The position numbers were made by a program, and so were the translations under genes. The notes under the pieces are model-generated. The model did not search any database. It was not told where the DNA came from and was given only the letters and a program-made list of their open reading frames with translations. Positions 32,239 to 42,680 of a DNA stretch of 64,000 nucleotides are shown here, piece after piece; position 1 is the first letter of the stretch; every line of letters starts with the position of its first letter. This DNA comes from an uncultured delta proteobacterium (lineage in GTDB: Bacteria; Myxococcota_A; Polyangia; Polyangiales; Polyangiaceae): the NCBI GenBank assembly GCA_963696385.1, contig CAVOKF010000004.1, positions 256,001 to 320,000 on the forward strand. Direction: 5' to 3'.

Positions 32239-33393
32239 ATGCTAGAACGTTTCGGCATGTCGCACGGTCGCGCGGAAGCGTCGGCTCGAATCCGGCGCCT
32301 GCGCGGCAGTGGATGGAGCGACTGGCGATGGCAGATCCGCCACTGTGTCGCGTCCGCTGACGCGCTCGCGCTCGCGCTGCCGCTGACCGAGCGAGAGATC
32401 AAAGGGGCGCGCCGAGCCGAGAGCCGCGGCTTGCCGATCCGTATCACCCCCTATTACCTCGGCCTGATCGATCCGCACAATCCCGAATGTCCCATCCGGC
32501 GCCAGTGCGTTCCGGACTCGCGCGAGGACGAGGAAGCCGCCGGGGATCTAGTCGACCCGCTCGGTGAGGCCGCGCACGAAGTGGCGCCCCATCTCATCCA
32601 GCGATACCCCGACCGCGCCCTGTTGCTCGCGACGGACCGTTGCGCGGTCTATTGCCGGTTCTGCACCCGATCGCGCATGGTCGGAGGTGGTCACGGAGGT
32701 ATCGCGATCGAAGCGCTCGGTCCGGCGCTCGCGTGGTTGCGCGAGCACCCGAGCGTCCGCGACGTAATCGTCAGTGGGGGCGACCCGCTCGCCATGGCCA
32801 CGGAGCGCCTCGTGCGGCTCGTCGCGGCGGTGCGCGCCGTGGCGAGCGTCGAGACCATTCGCCTGGCGACGCGGGTCCCGGTCACGCTCCCGATGCGGAT
32901 CACGGGCGAATTGCTTCGCGCCCTGCGCCCGCTTCATCCGCTCTGGGTCATGACGCATTTCAACCATCCCAAGGAGGTCACTCGTGAAGCGGCGCGGGCG
33001 TGCAATCGGCTGGCGGATGCCGGCTTTCCGGTCATGAATCAAACGGTGCTGCTCGCCGGCATCAATGACGATGCGGACACTCTCGAAAGCCTGTTTCGAG
33101 GGCTCGTCCGTCTACGCGTTCGCCCGTACTACTTGCTGCAGGCCGATCCCGTACGCGGCACATCCCACTTGCGCACGCGTCTCGGCCAAGGAATCGAGCT
33201 GATGGAGCGCCTGCAGGGGCGGGTCTCGGGGATCGCGCTCCCGAAGCTCATTTGCGACACCCCCGGCGGACGAGGAAAAGTGCCTGTGGCGCCAGACTAC
33301 GTGGTGAAACGCGCCGACGGGCGGACGACGTTACGCACTTTTCGGGGCGAGAACGTCGACTACATCGACCCGCCCACGCGCGGATTGGATTGA
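32239..33393 (+). CDS. KamA-family radical SAM protein (lysine 2,3-aminomutase-like)
   Basis: WSDWRWQ, DPLGE, RYPDRAL, CAVYCRFCTR, SGGDPL, THFNHP, NQTVLL, PGGRGK. Confidence 0.92.
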   Translation: MLERFGMSHGRAEASARIRRLRGSGWSDWRWQIRHCVASADALALALPLTEREIKGARRAESRGLPIRITPYYLGLIDPHNPECPIRRQCVPDSREDEEAAGDLVDPLGEAAHEVAPHLIQRYPDRALLLATDRCAVYCRFCTRSRMVGGGHGGIAIEALGPALAWLREHPSVRDVIVSGGDPLAMATERLVRLVAAVRAVASVETIRLATRVPVTLPMRITGELLRALRPLHPLWVMTHFNHPKEVTREAARACNRLADAGFPVMNQTVLLAGINDDADTLESLFRGLVRLRVRPYYLLQADPVRGTSHLRTRLGQGIELMERLQGRVSGIALPKLICDTPGGRGKVPVAPDYVVKRADGRTTLRTFRGENVDYIDPPTRGLD

Positions 33394-33452
33394 CGGGTTG
33401 TAGCGCGATTCCCTAGCCTCTTAAGCTCATCTTGGGCTTGCGACCTCGGCGC

Positions 33453-35192
33453 ATGATTGGACTCGTCCTCGGACTCGTCATGACGACGGCGTCGTCGCGG
33501 GCCCTCGCGCAGTCCACGGCCGCGCCCGCGCAACCACCGAACGACAAGGCGGAGATCGCAGCGGGCGATACCGCAGCGCGGGCGAAGGATTGGGCCACCG
33601 CGCTCGCCCATTATCATTCGGCGACGCGCGCTTCGCCGAGCGCTCGCGCCGAGCTCGGCGCCGCCAATGCGCTCTATCAGCTCGGTCGCGTCGGCGAAGC
33701 GTACGACGCGTATGCGGAAGCACAGGCCGACTTCGCGCTCCAGCTTTCAACGGCAGACAAGAGTCTCGCGGCCGGACGGTTGAAGGAACTGGGGACCAAG
33801 ACGGGATGGCTGTCCTTGCGGGTCGCCGAGCCCGGTGCCAACGTCGATCTCGACGGTCAGTCGATCGGAATTTCCCCGGTGCCGGCCCTCGTGCGTGTCG
33901 CCACGGGCGCGCACGACGTGCGCGTGTCGAAAGAGGGATTCACCGCGTTCGCGACTCGCGTGGAAGTCACTGCCGACGGCAAAGCGATTGTGGACGTGGC
34001 GCTCGTCCGCGCCGAGACGCAGGGCCACGTGATCGTTCAGACGCGGGGCGAGCCCATCCGCGTGCTGATGGACGGAGTCGACGTCGGAGCGACGCCCTGG
34101 CAAGGAGATCTCGTTCCGGGTACCCATGTGGTGGCGGGCCGAAGTTCGATTGCGGAGGCGCCCGCGCAGCCGGTGACCGTGGTCCCCGGCGCGACGGTCA
34201 CCGTCGACTTGGTCCCGTCGTCGACGGCGGCTCATCTGCAGGTGCGCACGAGCGACGGCCAGGGCCAGATTGCGATTGACGGCGTCGTGAAAGGGCAAGG
34301 CGCGCTCGCGGCCGACGTCCCGCCGGGCCCCCACTCGGTTGTCGTTACACGCGACGGGTACGAAATCTACGAGCGAACGGTTTCCCTCTCGGCGCGCGAG
34401 ACGTGGGCGGAAACCGTGACGCTTTCTCCGCGGGTCGTCGCGAACCGCACGCCAGCATTGGCGGAACGCGCGACCGAAGGAGTCTACGGTGGCTTCGGCC
34501 TCACGGGCCTCTTCGGGGTGGGGAGTCAGGGCACGGAGCTCGACACCCACTGCGACGCGCTCGGCGCGGCTTCGTGCCAGACTCCGTCGCCATCGGGCGG
34601 AGGTCTCTTCGGGTATGCCGGTTGGACCTGGAATCCGATCGGCTTCGAGCTTTTGCTCGCCGGGTCGTTCGATACCGTTCGGCAGAGCGCCTCCTTCGAC
34701 GGGATGGGCCGGTCGGGCAACCTGCCGCTCTCGATGCCGGCGCGCGAAGAGACGTTCCACTTCTACCGCGCCGGTGGACTCGCCGCCGTCCGGGCGCGCG
34801 CCGTGTTCTCTATCGGGCCGGGACTGCGCGGTACGGTCGCTGGAGGTCTGGGCGCTTCCTACAAACAGATGTTCATGCTGCGGCGCGCCGTCGTGCCGAA
34901 CGGGGGGCAAGACCTCTACATCCCGGAAAGCGTCGGCTATTGGTCGCCGGCCGTGACGGTTGAAGCCGCCCTGCAAGTCCGTTTCACGCGCACGCTCGCT
35001 CTCTCCGTCGGAGGGCTGATGTGGGCCGACAACGCCAGCATCGCCGGGACCAACGCTTCGCCGCCCGCGGCGCCTCGGAAGATCGTGGACGCCAACCAAG
35101 TGCCTGAACCGCTGCCGACACCGCAGTACCACTTCGCGTCGGGGCCACAGGTCTTCGTCGGACCCCTGATCGGCCTGCAGTTCGGTCCGTGA
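33453..35192 (+). CDS. PEGA-domain protein with N-terminal TPR-like helices and C-terminal beta-barrel-like region
   Basis: signal peptide; three PEGA-like repeats (VDLDGQSIG...GAHDVRVSKEGF; MDGVDVGATP; IDGVVKG...GPHSVVVTRDGY). Confidence 0.8.
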   Translation: MIGLVLGLVMTTASSRALAQSTAAPAQPPNDKAEIAAGDTAARAKDWATALAHYHSATRASPSARAELGAANALYQLGRVGEAYDAYAEAQADFALQLSTADKSLAAGRLKELGTKTGWLSLRVAEPGANVDLDGQSIGISPVPALVRVATGAHDVRVSKEGFTAFATRVEVTADGKAIVDVALVRAETQGHVIVQTRGEPIRVLMDGVDVGATPWQGDLVPGTHVVAGRSSIAEAPAQPVTVVPGATVTVDLVPSSTAAHLQVRTSDGQGQIAIDGVVKGQGALAADVPPGPHSVVVTRDGYEIYERTVSLSARETWAETVTLSPRVVANRTPALAERATEGVYGGFGLTGLFGVGSQGTELDTHCDALGAASCQTPSPSGGGLFGYAGWTWNPIGFELLLAGSFDTVRQSASFDGMGRSGNLPLSMPAREETFHFYRAGGLAAVRARAVFSIGPGLRGTVAGGLGASYKQMFMLRRAVVPNGGQDLYIPESVGYWSPAVTVEAALQVRFTRTLALSVGGLMWADNASIAGTNASPPAAPRKIVDANQVPEPLPTPQYHFASGPQVFVGPLIGLQFGP

Positions 35193-35224
35193 CCCTGAAG
35201 CGGGGCGCTCGCCCTTCGGGTGAG

Positions 35225-37645
35225 TCAGTCTCCGTCGTCGAGGCCGATGGCGTCGAGTCCGGCGCCGTCCGTGGGCGCGGTGGTCGTTCCGTCGGCACCG
35301 GCGCTTGCGTCCATGGTATTGGCGGTCGCGTCCAAGCTCGCTGCCGCCCCCTCGTTCACCGACGCCGCATCGGTCGCGAGAGCCGCATCGGCCCCAACGA
35401 TCGACACGGCGCCGTCATTCATGGGAGCCGTCACGCCGCAGAGGATCGTACCGGTCACGGCGACCTCCGGAACGGGCGACTGGCTCGCCTGAGCCGCTGC
35501 ACTCGCGACGAGGACGGCGTTCTGCAGATCGGTGCAGGCTTGTCCGCAAATCCGGATGCGACCCTGGTCAAGGCTCCAGCCGTTGACCGTGTTCTGAGTG
35601 GCCTCACTGCAGGCGGCGTTGGGGTCAATCGAGATGGGAGTGCCTGGCTGGCTCGGATCGGCGTAGTCGACCTCGGCAATCCCCGATACGGGTTCGTACA
35701 GGCATGTTCCAAGCGCCTCGGCGGCCTGAGAGAAGTTCTTGAGCACCTGCTCGGCTTGCGTCGACGGAAGCGTTGCATCGATCGTGGTCACCATCTGCGG
35801 CAGGTCGGCCTGAAGGCTCTTGTAAAAGTCGAGCGGTCCGGGGTCGCCGCTGTCGTTGCCCAGGACCACAAAGTAGGTGCGGATACTGGGGCTGCCCTGG
35901 TAGGCCATCTCGATCTCCTGCTCGATCGAGGCCTGGGCGCTCGTGCCGTAGAGCGGCGGATCGCAGTCGTTGGCGGAACCGGCATCGCTCGCGAGGGTCG
36001 GAGTTCGATTCACGAAGAACATCACGGCGGCGATGTTGGGCGCCTCGCGGTTGGCCAGAAAGCTGCTCACGGCCGAATAAGCACCGGTGCCGCTGCCGGG
36101 GCGCATCGCGGCTTGGAGATCGAGCGGCGCCAGCGAGGCGGACCCCGCGTCTTCGCCTTCCGGCGGGGTCCAGTTGTCCACCTGGCTGGCAATCTGGGCT
36201 TGCACGGTCGTGGCCAACCCGAACGGCACGGTCGGATCCGCGAACTCGGTCGTCAGGCTCGTGCACTCGGATTGGTCGAATGGCCCGCCGTCGTCGGGCG
36301 TATGAGGAAAGAAGCGGAACGCGGCATAGGTCTCATTGAAGACGGGGTCGGCCAGAGTCAAGCTCATGACCGTCGCGTATCCGGTCGGTCCGAACGCTCC
36401 TTTCATCGCCACCGAATTGTCCATGACGAGGTAGACGGCGCTCGGGGTCGACGTAAGCGGCACTCGCGTGTTGCACGCTTCGCCGTCGGAAGACACGGCG
36501 ACCGCGTCCTCGGCCACCGCCCCGTCGAGGGTGACCCCGTTGCCGCGCTCGTCCGCGCAGATCGGAAGCAGCGGGGACTTCGACGTCAAGCACCCGAGCC
36601 CGAGCTCCACCTGGGCGATCGTATGAGAGGGCTCTGCGGAAGCCGACAAAGGCGGTGGCGCGTGGGCCGCCTTGACCAGATTGCACAGACCCGGAGCCAA
36701 CTGAAATGTCGGTAAGACTCCCCCGTCCGTTTCGCTCGCATCCGTGGTGCCGATCGAGTTTCCGGCGTCGGTGCCCGCATCCAGGCCTGCGCTCGTGGGG
36801 CATGTGCCCAGGCAGAATCCCTCGTTCGGATCCTCGTCGAGGATTTCCGATTCGCTCGCGTTGGTAATCTCCTCTTCGAGCTGCCCAGACACCGGTCCCT
36901 GGATCCAAGCGATGTCTTCGTACAAAACGCGTACGTTGATGCCTGCGCCCGGGGGCGCAGCGTAAATGCACCGGCCCGGATCCACCGGCTGCACCGTCAG
37001 CGTCCCTTGGGACGGGAAACAGGCCGCAGGGCTAAAGCATTCGCCTGTCCCGTAGATGAGCGTAGGGTCGAAGTCGACGAGCTGGGAGGCCACCAGCTCC
37101 GGGGCCGGTTGTTGGACGCACTGCGCGCCCTCGCACGTGAAACCATCCCCGAGAGTCGAGCAGTCTTGGTCGAAGCACGAGTAGCTGAGCGGCATCGGCA
37201 AAAACAGCGTCTGCTGAGCGACGTAGGTCTGCGTGGAGCTTCGAACGACGCGAGGGCCGTTGGCAGCGCCGGCGGGAAGCGGGTTGGCGTAGCAACCGTA
37301 CGTCGTCGATGGGTTCGTTTGCGCGTCGCTGAACCCGCGGACGATCACCGTTATGGGTGTGTCCGGGGCCGTTCCGGACACCACTCCGAGTGTCGTGGGA
37401 AGGTCGACGGCGCCGTTGTCGACATACTGCGGCTCGCAAAATACCCTCGTGTGGTTGACCTGCACCTCGATTTCGATGCCGTCGAGGTCGCGGGGCACTT
37501 GCAGCTGCGTGAGCACGCCGGGAACGAGCTCCGTAGGCTGTGTGGCCGAGCACGAGACGCCGGCCACGACGGCTGCCGTCGCGACGGACAACAGGCTCGC
37601 CGCAAACGGCTTCGCCAACCGCAAACCCATCCCCGTGTCTCCCAT
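35225..37645 (-). CDS. large Cys-rich lipoprotein with vWA-like domain
   Basis: TGATG coupling with the upstream PEGA gene; lipobox AGVSC; VYLVMDNSVAM (MIDAS-like); IRTYFVVL; RICGQAC; DAG-rich tail. Confidence 0.7.
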   Translation of the reverse strand: MGDTGMGLRLAKPFAASLLSVATAAVVAGVSCSATQPTELVPGVLTQLQVPRDLDGIEIEVQVNHTRVFCEPQYVDNGAVDLPTTLGVVSGTAPDTPITVIVRGFSDAQTNPSTTYGCYANPLPAGAANGPRVVRSSTQTYVAQQTLFLPMPLSYSCFDQDCSTLGDGFTCEGAQCVQQPAPELVASQLVDFDPTLIYGTGECFSPAACFPSQGTLTVQPVDPGRCIYAAPPGAGINVRVLYEDIAWIQGPVSGQLEEEITNASESEILDEDPNEGFCLGTCPTSAGLDAGTDAGNSIGTTDASETDGGVLPTFQLAPGLCNLVKAAHAPPPLSASAEPSHTIAQVELGLGCLTSKSPLLPICADERGNGVTLDGAVAEDAVAVSSDGEACNTRVPLTSTPSAVYLVMDNSVAMKGAFGPTGYATVMSLTLADPVFNETYAAFRFFPHTPDDGGPFDQSECTSLTTEFADPTVPFGLATTVQAQIASQVDNWTPPEGEDAGSASLAPLDLQAAMRPGSGTGAYSAVSSFLANREAPNIAAVMFFVNRTPTLASDAGSANDCDPPLYGTSAQASIEQEIEMAYQGSPSIRTYFVVLGNDSGDPGPLDFYKSLQADLPQMVTTIDATLPSTQAEQVLKNFSQAAEALGTCLYEPVSGIAEVDYADPSQPGTPISIDPNAACSEATQNTVNGWSLDQGRIRICGQACTDLQNAVLVASAAAQASQSPVPEVAVTGTILCGVTAPMNDGAVSIVGADAALATDAASVNEGAAASLDATANTMDASAGADGTTTAPTDGAGLDAIGLDDGD

Positions 37646-38826
37646 CAGAAGTGAAGTCTCCGACTTGCCGTGGTGATCCCGGGCGTGTAGTCCCCGACAT
37701 ACGGGCTTGGCGTCGTGGGCTTGAAGATGAAGTACCCGGCGACGATTCCGCCCGTTACGACGAGAAGCGATCCGACCCCCCACGCGACCCAGCTGTTGTT
37801 GACCTCGCGGTTCAAAGGCACGTTCACGTCGCGAACCTGATCGTCGGCCACGAATACCTCCGTGGCATACGTCTGATAGCCCGGCTTGTGGACAACGAGC
37901 TCGTGGCCCCCGGTGGTCGACACGACCCCCTCCCAAGTCCCCGATCCGACGTTGCGTTCATCGACGGCGATCGATGCCCCCTCCGGCGCCACGATGCGCA
38001 GTCGGCCCTCGTGTCGTTCGGCCGAAAGAGTGAGCACGAGGTTCATGGGTTGCTTGTACTGGACGTCGATCGTCTCGCCGACGGTCACGTAGCCGGGCGC
38101 GCGCGCTTCGATCGTGTGCTTGTCGGCACGCAGCTCGCCTTTGAACGGAGCCGTGCCGACGTCTCGACCGTCGATGAAAATCGTCGCGCTCGGTGCGCCA
38201 CCCGCCACGACCGTGACCAACGCGGTCTTGTTGAGTGGCTCGAGTCGGAAGGTGACGGGGGTCCGCGCCCCGGCGGCCACGTCGACCGTCTGGATCGCCT
38301 CCGCAAAGCCCTCCTTCGACAGCTTGAGGACGTGCTTGCCGACGTCGATGCGCACGGGCCCCAGAAAGGGAGACTTGCCGATTCGGTAGTCGTCAATCGA
38401 CAGCGTCGCATCGGGCTCGTTCGCAGTGATCTCGAGCGTCGTCACGAACTGCTGGACGATGGCGATCGCGTTCTTCAGCTCCTGCTGTTCGCTCGGTGCG
38501 AGTTGCCCTGCGCCTTCGCGCAGCTCCTTGTCCCACGCGTCGATCGCGAGCGCGTAATGAGTCAGAAGCTTCTCGGTGACACCCACGTTGTAGAGAACGC
38601 GCGGATTTTGGGAGAGATCGTAGGCGCGCTCGAACTCGACCAGGGCCCCCTTGTAGTCGCTGGCCCCGGCGAGTTGCTTGGCGGCATCCCACGCGCGCCG
38701 CGCCGGCTCCTGAAGCTGCGCCCGCACGTCGGTCGCCTGCGGCTGCGCGGCGGCGGACCGCGCGACGAAGACCGCGGCAAAGATGAAGGACAAGGACCGA
38801 AGGTGGGTATCCATGCGCCATCTCAT
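37645..38826 (-). CDS. TPR + PEGA domain protein
   Basis: ALVEFERAYDL..NPRVLYNVG followed by three PEGA repeats and a C-terminal TM. Confidence 0.85.
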   Translation of the reverse strand: MRWRMDTHLRSLSFIFAAVFVARSAAAQPQATDVRAQLQEPARRAWDAAKQLAGASDYKGALVEFERAYDLSQNPRVLYNVGVTEKLLTHYALAIDAWDKELREGAGQLAPSEQQELKNAIAIVQQFVTTLEITANEPDATLSIDDYRIGKSPFLGPVRIDVGKHVLKLSKEGFAEAIQTVDVAAGARTPVTFRLEPLNKTALVTVVAGGAPSATIFIDGRDVGTAPFKGELRADKHTIEARAPGYVTVGETIDVQYKQPMNLVLTLSAERHEGRLRIVAPEGASIAVDERNVGSGTWEGVVSTTGGHELVVHKPGYQTYATEVFVADDQVRDVNVPLNREVNNSWVAWGVGSLLVVTGGIVAGYFIFKPTTPSPYVGDYTPGITTASRRLHF

Positions 38827-38832
38827 GGGTGT

Positions 38833-40341
38833 CTAGTGCAGCTTCAGATCGCTCAGTTGTTTGGGGAGAGTCGACGGGCCGGACGACGACGACGTTGGGG
38901 CACCTTGCAATGAAGGCGACGCCGCTGCCGGACGCGTTGTTCGGGGCGGTGCGACAGGGGCGCCCTGCGCGGCTATCGCGGACGAGGATACCGCGGGTTC
39001 GCCGACGCCGGGCAAGGGTACGAGGACCGCCATACTCGGGGCAGTGGCCGCTGTCGTCCAAGGCAAGGTGCCGGACCCGTCGGCGGGGGTCGACGAAGCC
39101 TGCGGTGGCCCCTGCAGGGCCGAGGCCGGCGTGCGCTCCGCATGCCTCGCACGCGTTGCAAAGAATCCGCCGACCGCAAGCAACCCCAGCCCCAGCATGG
39201 TGATTGCGCCTGCGACGGCGTACCTTCGAGTCGTCCTGCGGGGCGGTGGTGTGTCGCTCGTGACTCCGACATGCGTCGGTACGCCCGCGCGGCGCGGCGC
39301 GTCGGCGTCGCTGCGGTTCGTCTGCGCGACGGCGGCCGGTCGGGCGAGCGGCTCCAGCGCTCGAGCTGTTGCCGCCGCCGGCGCCTTCGACCATGGACTG
39401 CGACCGCGCCAGGCCTGGATCTTCGTGACGATGGTTGCGCTTCGCTCGTCCGCGAAAGGGGCCAGCGCCTCGGCCATCTCCAGGGCGGACGAGTAGCGCG
39501 CGTCTCTGTCGCGCTGAAGCGCGCGATGAACGACCGCCGCCAAGCCTTCCGGTAGGCCGGGCCGTGTCTCGAGAAGCGGCGGGGGTTCGGTCGTGAAGAT
39601 CTTGAACAAAATCTCCGTGTACTCTCCGGATTCGGCCGTGTACGGGGTCCGACCGCAAAGCATCTCGTACAAGATCGCGCCCACGGAATACAGATCGCTG
39701 CGGTGGTCGACGTCACGCGGGGACCGGGCCTGTTCGGGCGACATGTAAAGGGGCGTGCCGAGAGCGCTGTTCGTTCGCGTGAGATTCGCGTTTTGGCTCG
39801 CGTCGTCGAAGGTGCGCACCTTGCTGATCCCGAAATCCACCAATTTGACGAAATCGGCCTCGCCGTCTTTTTCGATGACGAAGCAATTGGAAGGCTTCAT
39901 GTCACGGTGCACGATTCCGGCGTTGTGCGCCGTGTGCAAGGCACGCAGCATCTGGATAGCGAAGTGCACCGCGCGCGCGATCTCGATGCTCGGTCCGTCG
40001 GCCGCCAGCAATTCGCCCAGATCACGGCCCTCGAGATACTCCATGACGAGGTACGGCGCGCCGCTCGGCAGCCGCCCGACGTCGAACACCTTGACGACGT
40101 GGTCGCTATCGATCTGCGACGCCGCCACACCTTCGTTGACGAAGCGCTCGACCGCGCCCGGCAAGGCCAGGATGGCTCCGCTCATGAACTTCAGCGCGAC
40201 CGGCGCGCGTCGAAGCAAATGCGTGGCTTTGGCCACCGCGCCCATCCCGCCCTCGCCGAGCATGCGCTCGACGCGATATTTGCCATCGAGCACCTCGCCC
40301 GATTGCGGATAGGGGTAGACGGACAGGTTCGGGGGCTGCAT
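38833..40341 (-). CDS. Hanks-type Ser/Thr protein kinase, single TM
   Basis: LGEGGMGAV, VALK, HRDMKPSN, DFGISK, GTPLYMSPEQ, DLYSVG. Confidence 0.96.
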   Translation of the reverse strand: MQPPNLSVYPYPQSGEVLDGKYRVERMLGEGGMGAVAKATHLLRRAPVALKFMSGAILALPGAVERFVNEGVAASQIDSDHVVKVFDVGRLPSGAPYLVMEYLEGRDLGELLAADGPSIEIARAVHFAIQMLRALHTAHNAGIVHRDMKPSNCFVIEKDGEADFVKLVDFGISKVRTFDDASQNANLTRTNSALGTPLYMSPEQARSPRDVDHRSDLYSVGAILYEMLCGRTPYTAESGEYTEILFKIFTTEPPPLLETRPGLPEGLAAVVHRALQRDRDARYSSALEMAEALAPFADERSATIVTKIQAWRGRSPWSKAPAAATARALEPLARPAAVAQTNRSDADAPRRAGVPTHVGVTSDTPPPRRTTRRYAVAGAITMLGLGLLAVGGFFATRARHAERTPASALQGPPQASSTPADGSGTLPWTTAATAPSMAVLVPLPGVGEPAVSSSAIAAQGAPVAPPRTTRPAAASPSLQGAPTSSSSGPSTLPKQLSDLKLH

Positions 40342-40441
40342 TCGGCTCGCCGCGCGTCGGGGCGCGAATCCCCCCACGCGTGCGCTAAGAATAGCGGGGA
40401 AGTCGAGCTCGGCCTAGCGCGAGCGACTCAGGTGATACGAC

Positions 40442-42049
40442 GTGGGTATGGATGGCGGTTCGGATAGCTCGAATGACCGGCGGGACCGGCACGACGGCCC
40501 GTCGCACGGGTCGCCCGGTGCGCGTCTCGAACACATGACCGATCGTGCGTTGGAGGGCGGCGGCGCCGACCGGATCCAGAAGCAGCACGATGCGGGCAAA
40601 TTGACGGCACGCGAGCGCATCGAGCTTCTCGTCGACCCCGGCAGCTTCGTCGAGGCGGGACGTTTCGTCGTTCATCGATGCACGGATTTCGGCATGGAAA
40701 GCCAGAAGGTGCTCGGCGACGGCGTCATCACCGGGCATGGGCTCGTGGACGGACGCCTGGTCTTCGTATTCGCTCAAGACTTCACGGTCTTCGGCGGCAG
40801 CTTGAGCGGTGCCTACGCCCAGAAAATCGTCAAGTTGATGGACGCGGCCATGAAGGTCGGAGCCCCTATCATCGGTCTGAACGACTCGGGCGGGGCGCGA
40901 ATCCAAGAGGGCGTCGAATCGCTCGCCGGGTACGCCGACATCTTCCTGAGAAACACCCTGGCGAGCGGCGTCGTGCCTCAAATCAGCTGCATTCTCGGCC
41001 CCTGCGCGGGCGGCGCCGTCTACTCGCCCGCCATCACCGACTTCGTTTTGATGGTCGAGCGCACGAGCTACATGTTCATCACGGGGCCCGACGTCATCAA
41101 AGCCGTTACCCACGAAGACGTCACCAAGGAAGAACTGGGGGGTGCGTTGACCCACGCGACGCGCAGCGGGGTGTGCCACCTCACGTCGCACGACGATCGA
41201 GCTTGTCTCGCCCAAGCGCGCACTCTGCTGTCGTTCTTGCCCTCGAACAACCAGGAAGACCCTCCGCTCAAACCAACACGCGATCCCCCGTCGCGAGAGG
41301 TCCCGGAACTCGAGACGATCATCCCGACCGACCCCAGCCGGGCGTACGACACCAAGGACGTCATCCGCGCCGTGGTCGACGAGGGAGCGCTCTTCGAACT
41401 CGCCGAGGCGTATGCACCGAACATCGTCATCGGCTTCGCTCGGGTCGGCGGACGAGTCGTGGGCGTGGTCGCCAATCAGCCGGCGGTGCTCGCCGGGGTT
41501 CTCGACGTGCACTCCTCGATGAAGGCCGCGCGGTTCGTGCGATTCTGCGATTGTTTCAACATCCCGCTGGTCACGCTCGTCGATGTGCCCGGGTTCCTGC
41601 CGGGGACGGACCAGGAGTACAACGGGATCATCAAGCACGGCGCAAAGCTGCTCTTCGCGTTCGCCGAAGCGACGGTTCCGAAGATCACCGTCATCGTCCG
41701 CAAGGCGTATGGCGGTGCCTACGACGTCATGTCGAGCAAGCACATTCGCGCGGACGTGAACCTCGCGCTGCCGACGGCCGAGATCGCGGTGATGGGACCC
41801 GAGGCGGCCGTCAACATCGTGCACCGCCAAGAGATCGCGGGAGCCATGGATCCAGCCCGCGTGCGTGCCGCTTTCGTCGCCGACTACCGTGAGAAGTTTG
41901 CAAACCCCTACAAGGCGGCAGAGCTCGGATTCGTCGACGACGTGATCACGCCAAAGACGCTGCGGTGGCGAATCCACCGGAGCTTGGAGGCTCTCAAGGA
42001 CAAGCGAGACAGCAACCCGCCGAAGAAGCACGGGAATATGCCCTTGTGA
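40442..42049 (+). CDS. pccB: acyl-CoA (propionyl-CoA) carboxylase carboxyltransferase beta subunit
   Basis: [62 protein letters not shown]. Confidence 0.93.
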   Translation: MGMDGGSDSSNDRRDRHDGPSHGSPGARLEHMTDRALEGGGADRIQKQHDAGKLTARERIELLVDPGSFVEAGRFVVHRCTDFGMESQKVLGDGVITGHGLVDGRLVFVFAQDFTVFGGSLSGAYAQKIVKLMDAAMKVGAPIIGLNDSGGARIQEGVESLAGYADIFLRNTLASGVVPQISCILGPCAGGAVYSPAITDFVLMVERTSYMFITGPDVIKAVTHEDVTKEELGGALTHATRSGVCHLTSHDDRACLAQARTLLSFLPSNNQEDPPLKPTRDPPSREVPELETIIPTDPSRAYDTKDVIRAVVDEGALFELAEAYAPNIVIGFARVGGRVVGVVANQPAVLAGVLDVHSSMKAARFVRFCDCFNIPLVTLVDVPGFLPGTDQEYNGIIKHGAKLLFAFAEATVPKITVIVRKAYGGAYDVMSSKHIRADVNLALPTAEIAVMGPEAAVNIVHRQEIAGAMDPARVRAAFVADYREKFANPYKAAELGFVDDVITPKTLRWRIHRSLEALKDKRDSNPPKKHGNMPL

Positions 42050-42426
42050 GTGACTCGGATCACCCTGAGCCTCGCTCCGCCCTTCGGGCTCCGCTCGGCG
42101 GGCCTGTCACGTACGTCGAGTCGAGGGGAGAGGCCTCTCCCCTCGAGCACCCCAGGCTGGAGGTACGTTACCCTGAGCCTCGCTCCGCCCTTCGGGCTCC
42201 GCTCGGCGGGCCTGTCACGTACGTCGAGTCGAGGGGAGAGGCCTCTCCCCTCGAGCACCCCAGGCTGGAGGTACGTTACCCTGAGCCTCGCTCGGCCCTT
42301 CGGGCTCCGCTCGGCGGGCCTGTCACGTACGTCGAGTCGAGGGGAGAGTCCTCTCCCCTCGAGCACCCCAGGCCGGAGGTACGTTACCCTGAGCCTCGCT
42401 CGGCCCTTCGGGCTCCGCTCGGCGGG
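42050..42426 (+). repeat. tandem array of a 108-bp palindromic (REP/BIME-like) repeat, ~3.4 units
   Basis: CCCTGAGCCTCGCTC recurs at 42063, 42171, 42279, 42387; units 1-2 hold the perfect 26-bp palindrome TCGAGGGGAGAGGCCTCTCCCCTCGA (one change in unit 3) and all have GCCCTTCGGGC. Confidence 0.95.
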
Positions 42427-42680
42427 TTCGAAGTGCCCGACCGCCTCCAAGCGATCGATCACGCGAAAATCGAGCCCGCCGTCGAGCGTGCATCGTCGAT
42501 GCGGGCGCCACCGTGAAATGGACTGAAATGGACCTCTCGATTCCGAGGGGGTAGGTCATGGCCGTCACGTCGACTTGCCGTTGTCGCCCACCATTACGCG
42601 CCGTGACGCGATGGGACCGCGATCCAAAAACGTGCGTTGACCTGCGCTCGACGTTCATCACGGCACGGGAGGGCTATCTC

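Noticed and set aside
32239..33393. EpmB (EF-P modification) assignment
   Set aside because: No efp or epmA nearby; family-level KamA call only.
37130..37144. additional parS-like CTCGCACGTGAAACC
   Set aside because: Only one half-site matches, within coding sequence; likely chance.
41908..42526. ORFs 41908-42462, 41965-42516 and 42050-42526 encoding 36-aa repeat peptides
   Set aside because: Explained by a stop-poor 108-bp repeat open in several frames on both strands; no RBS or domain support.
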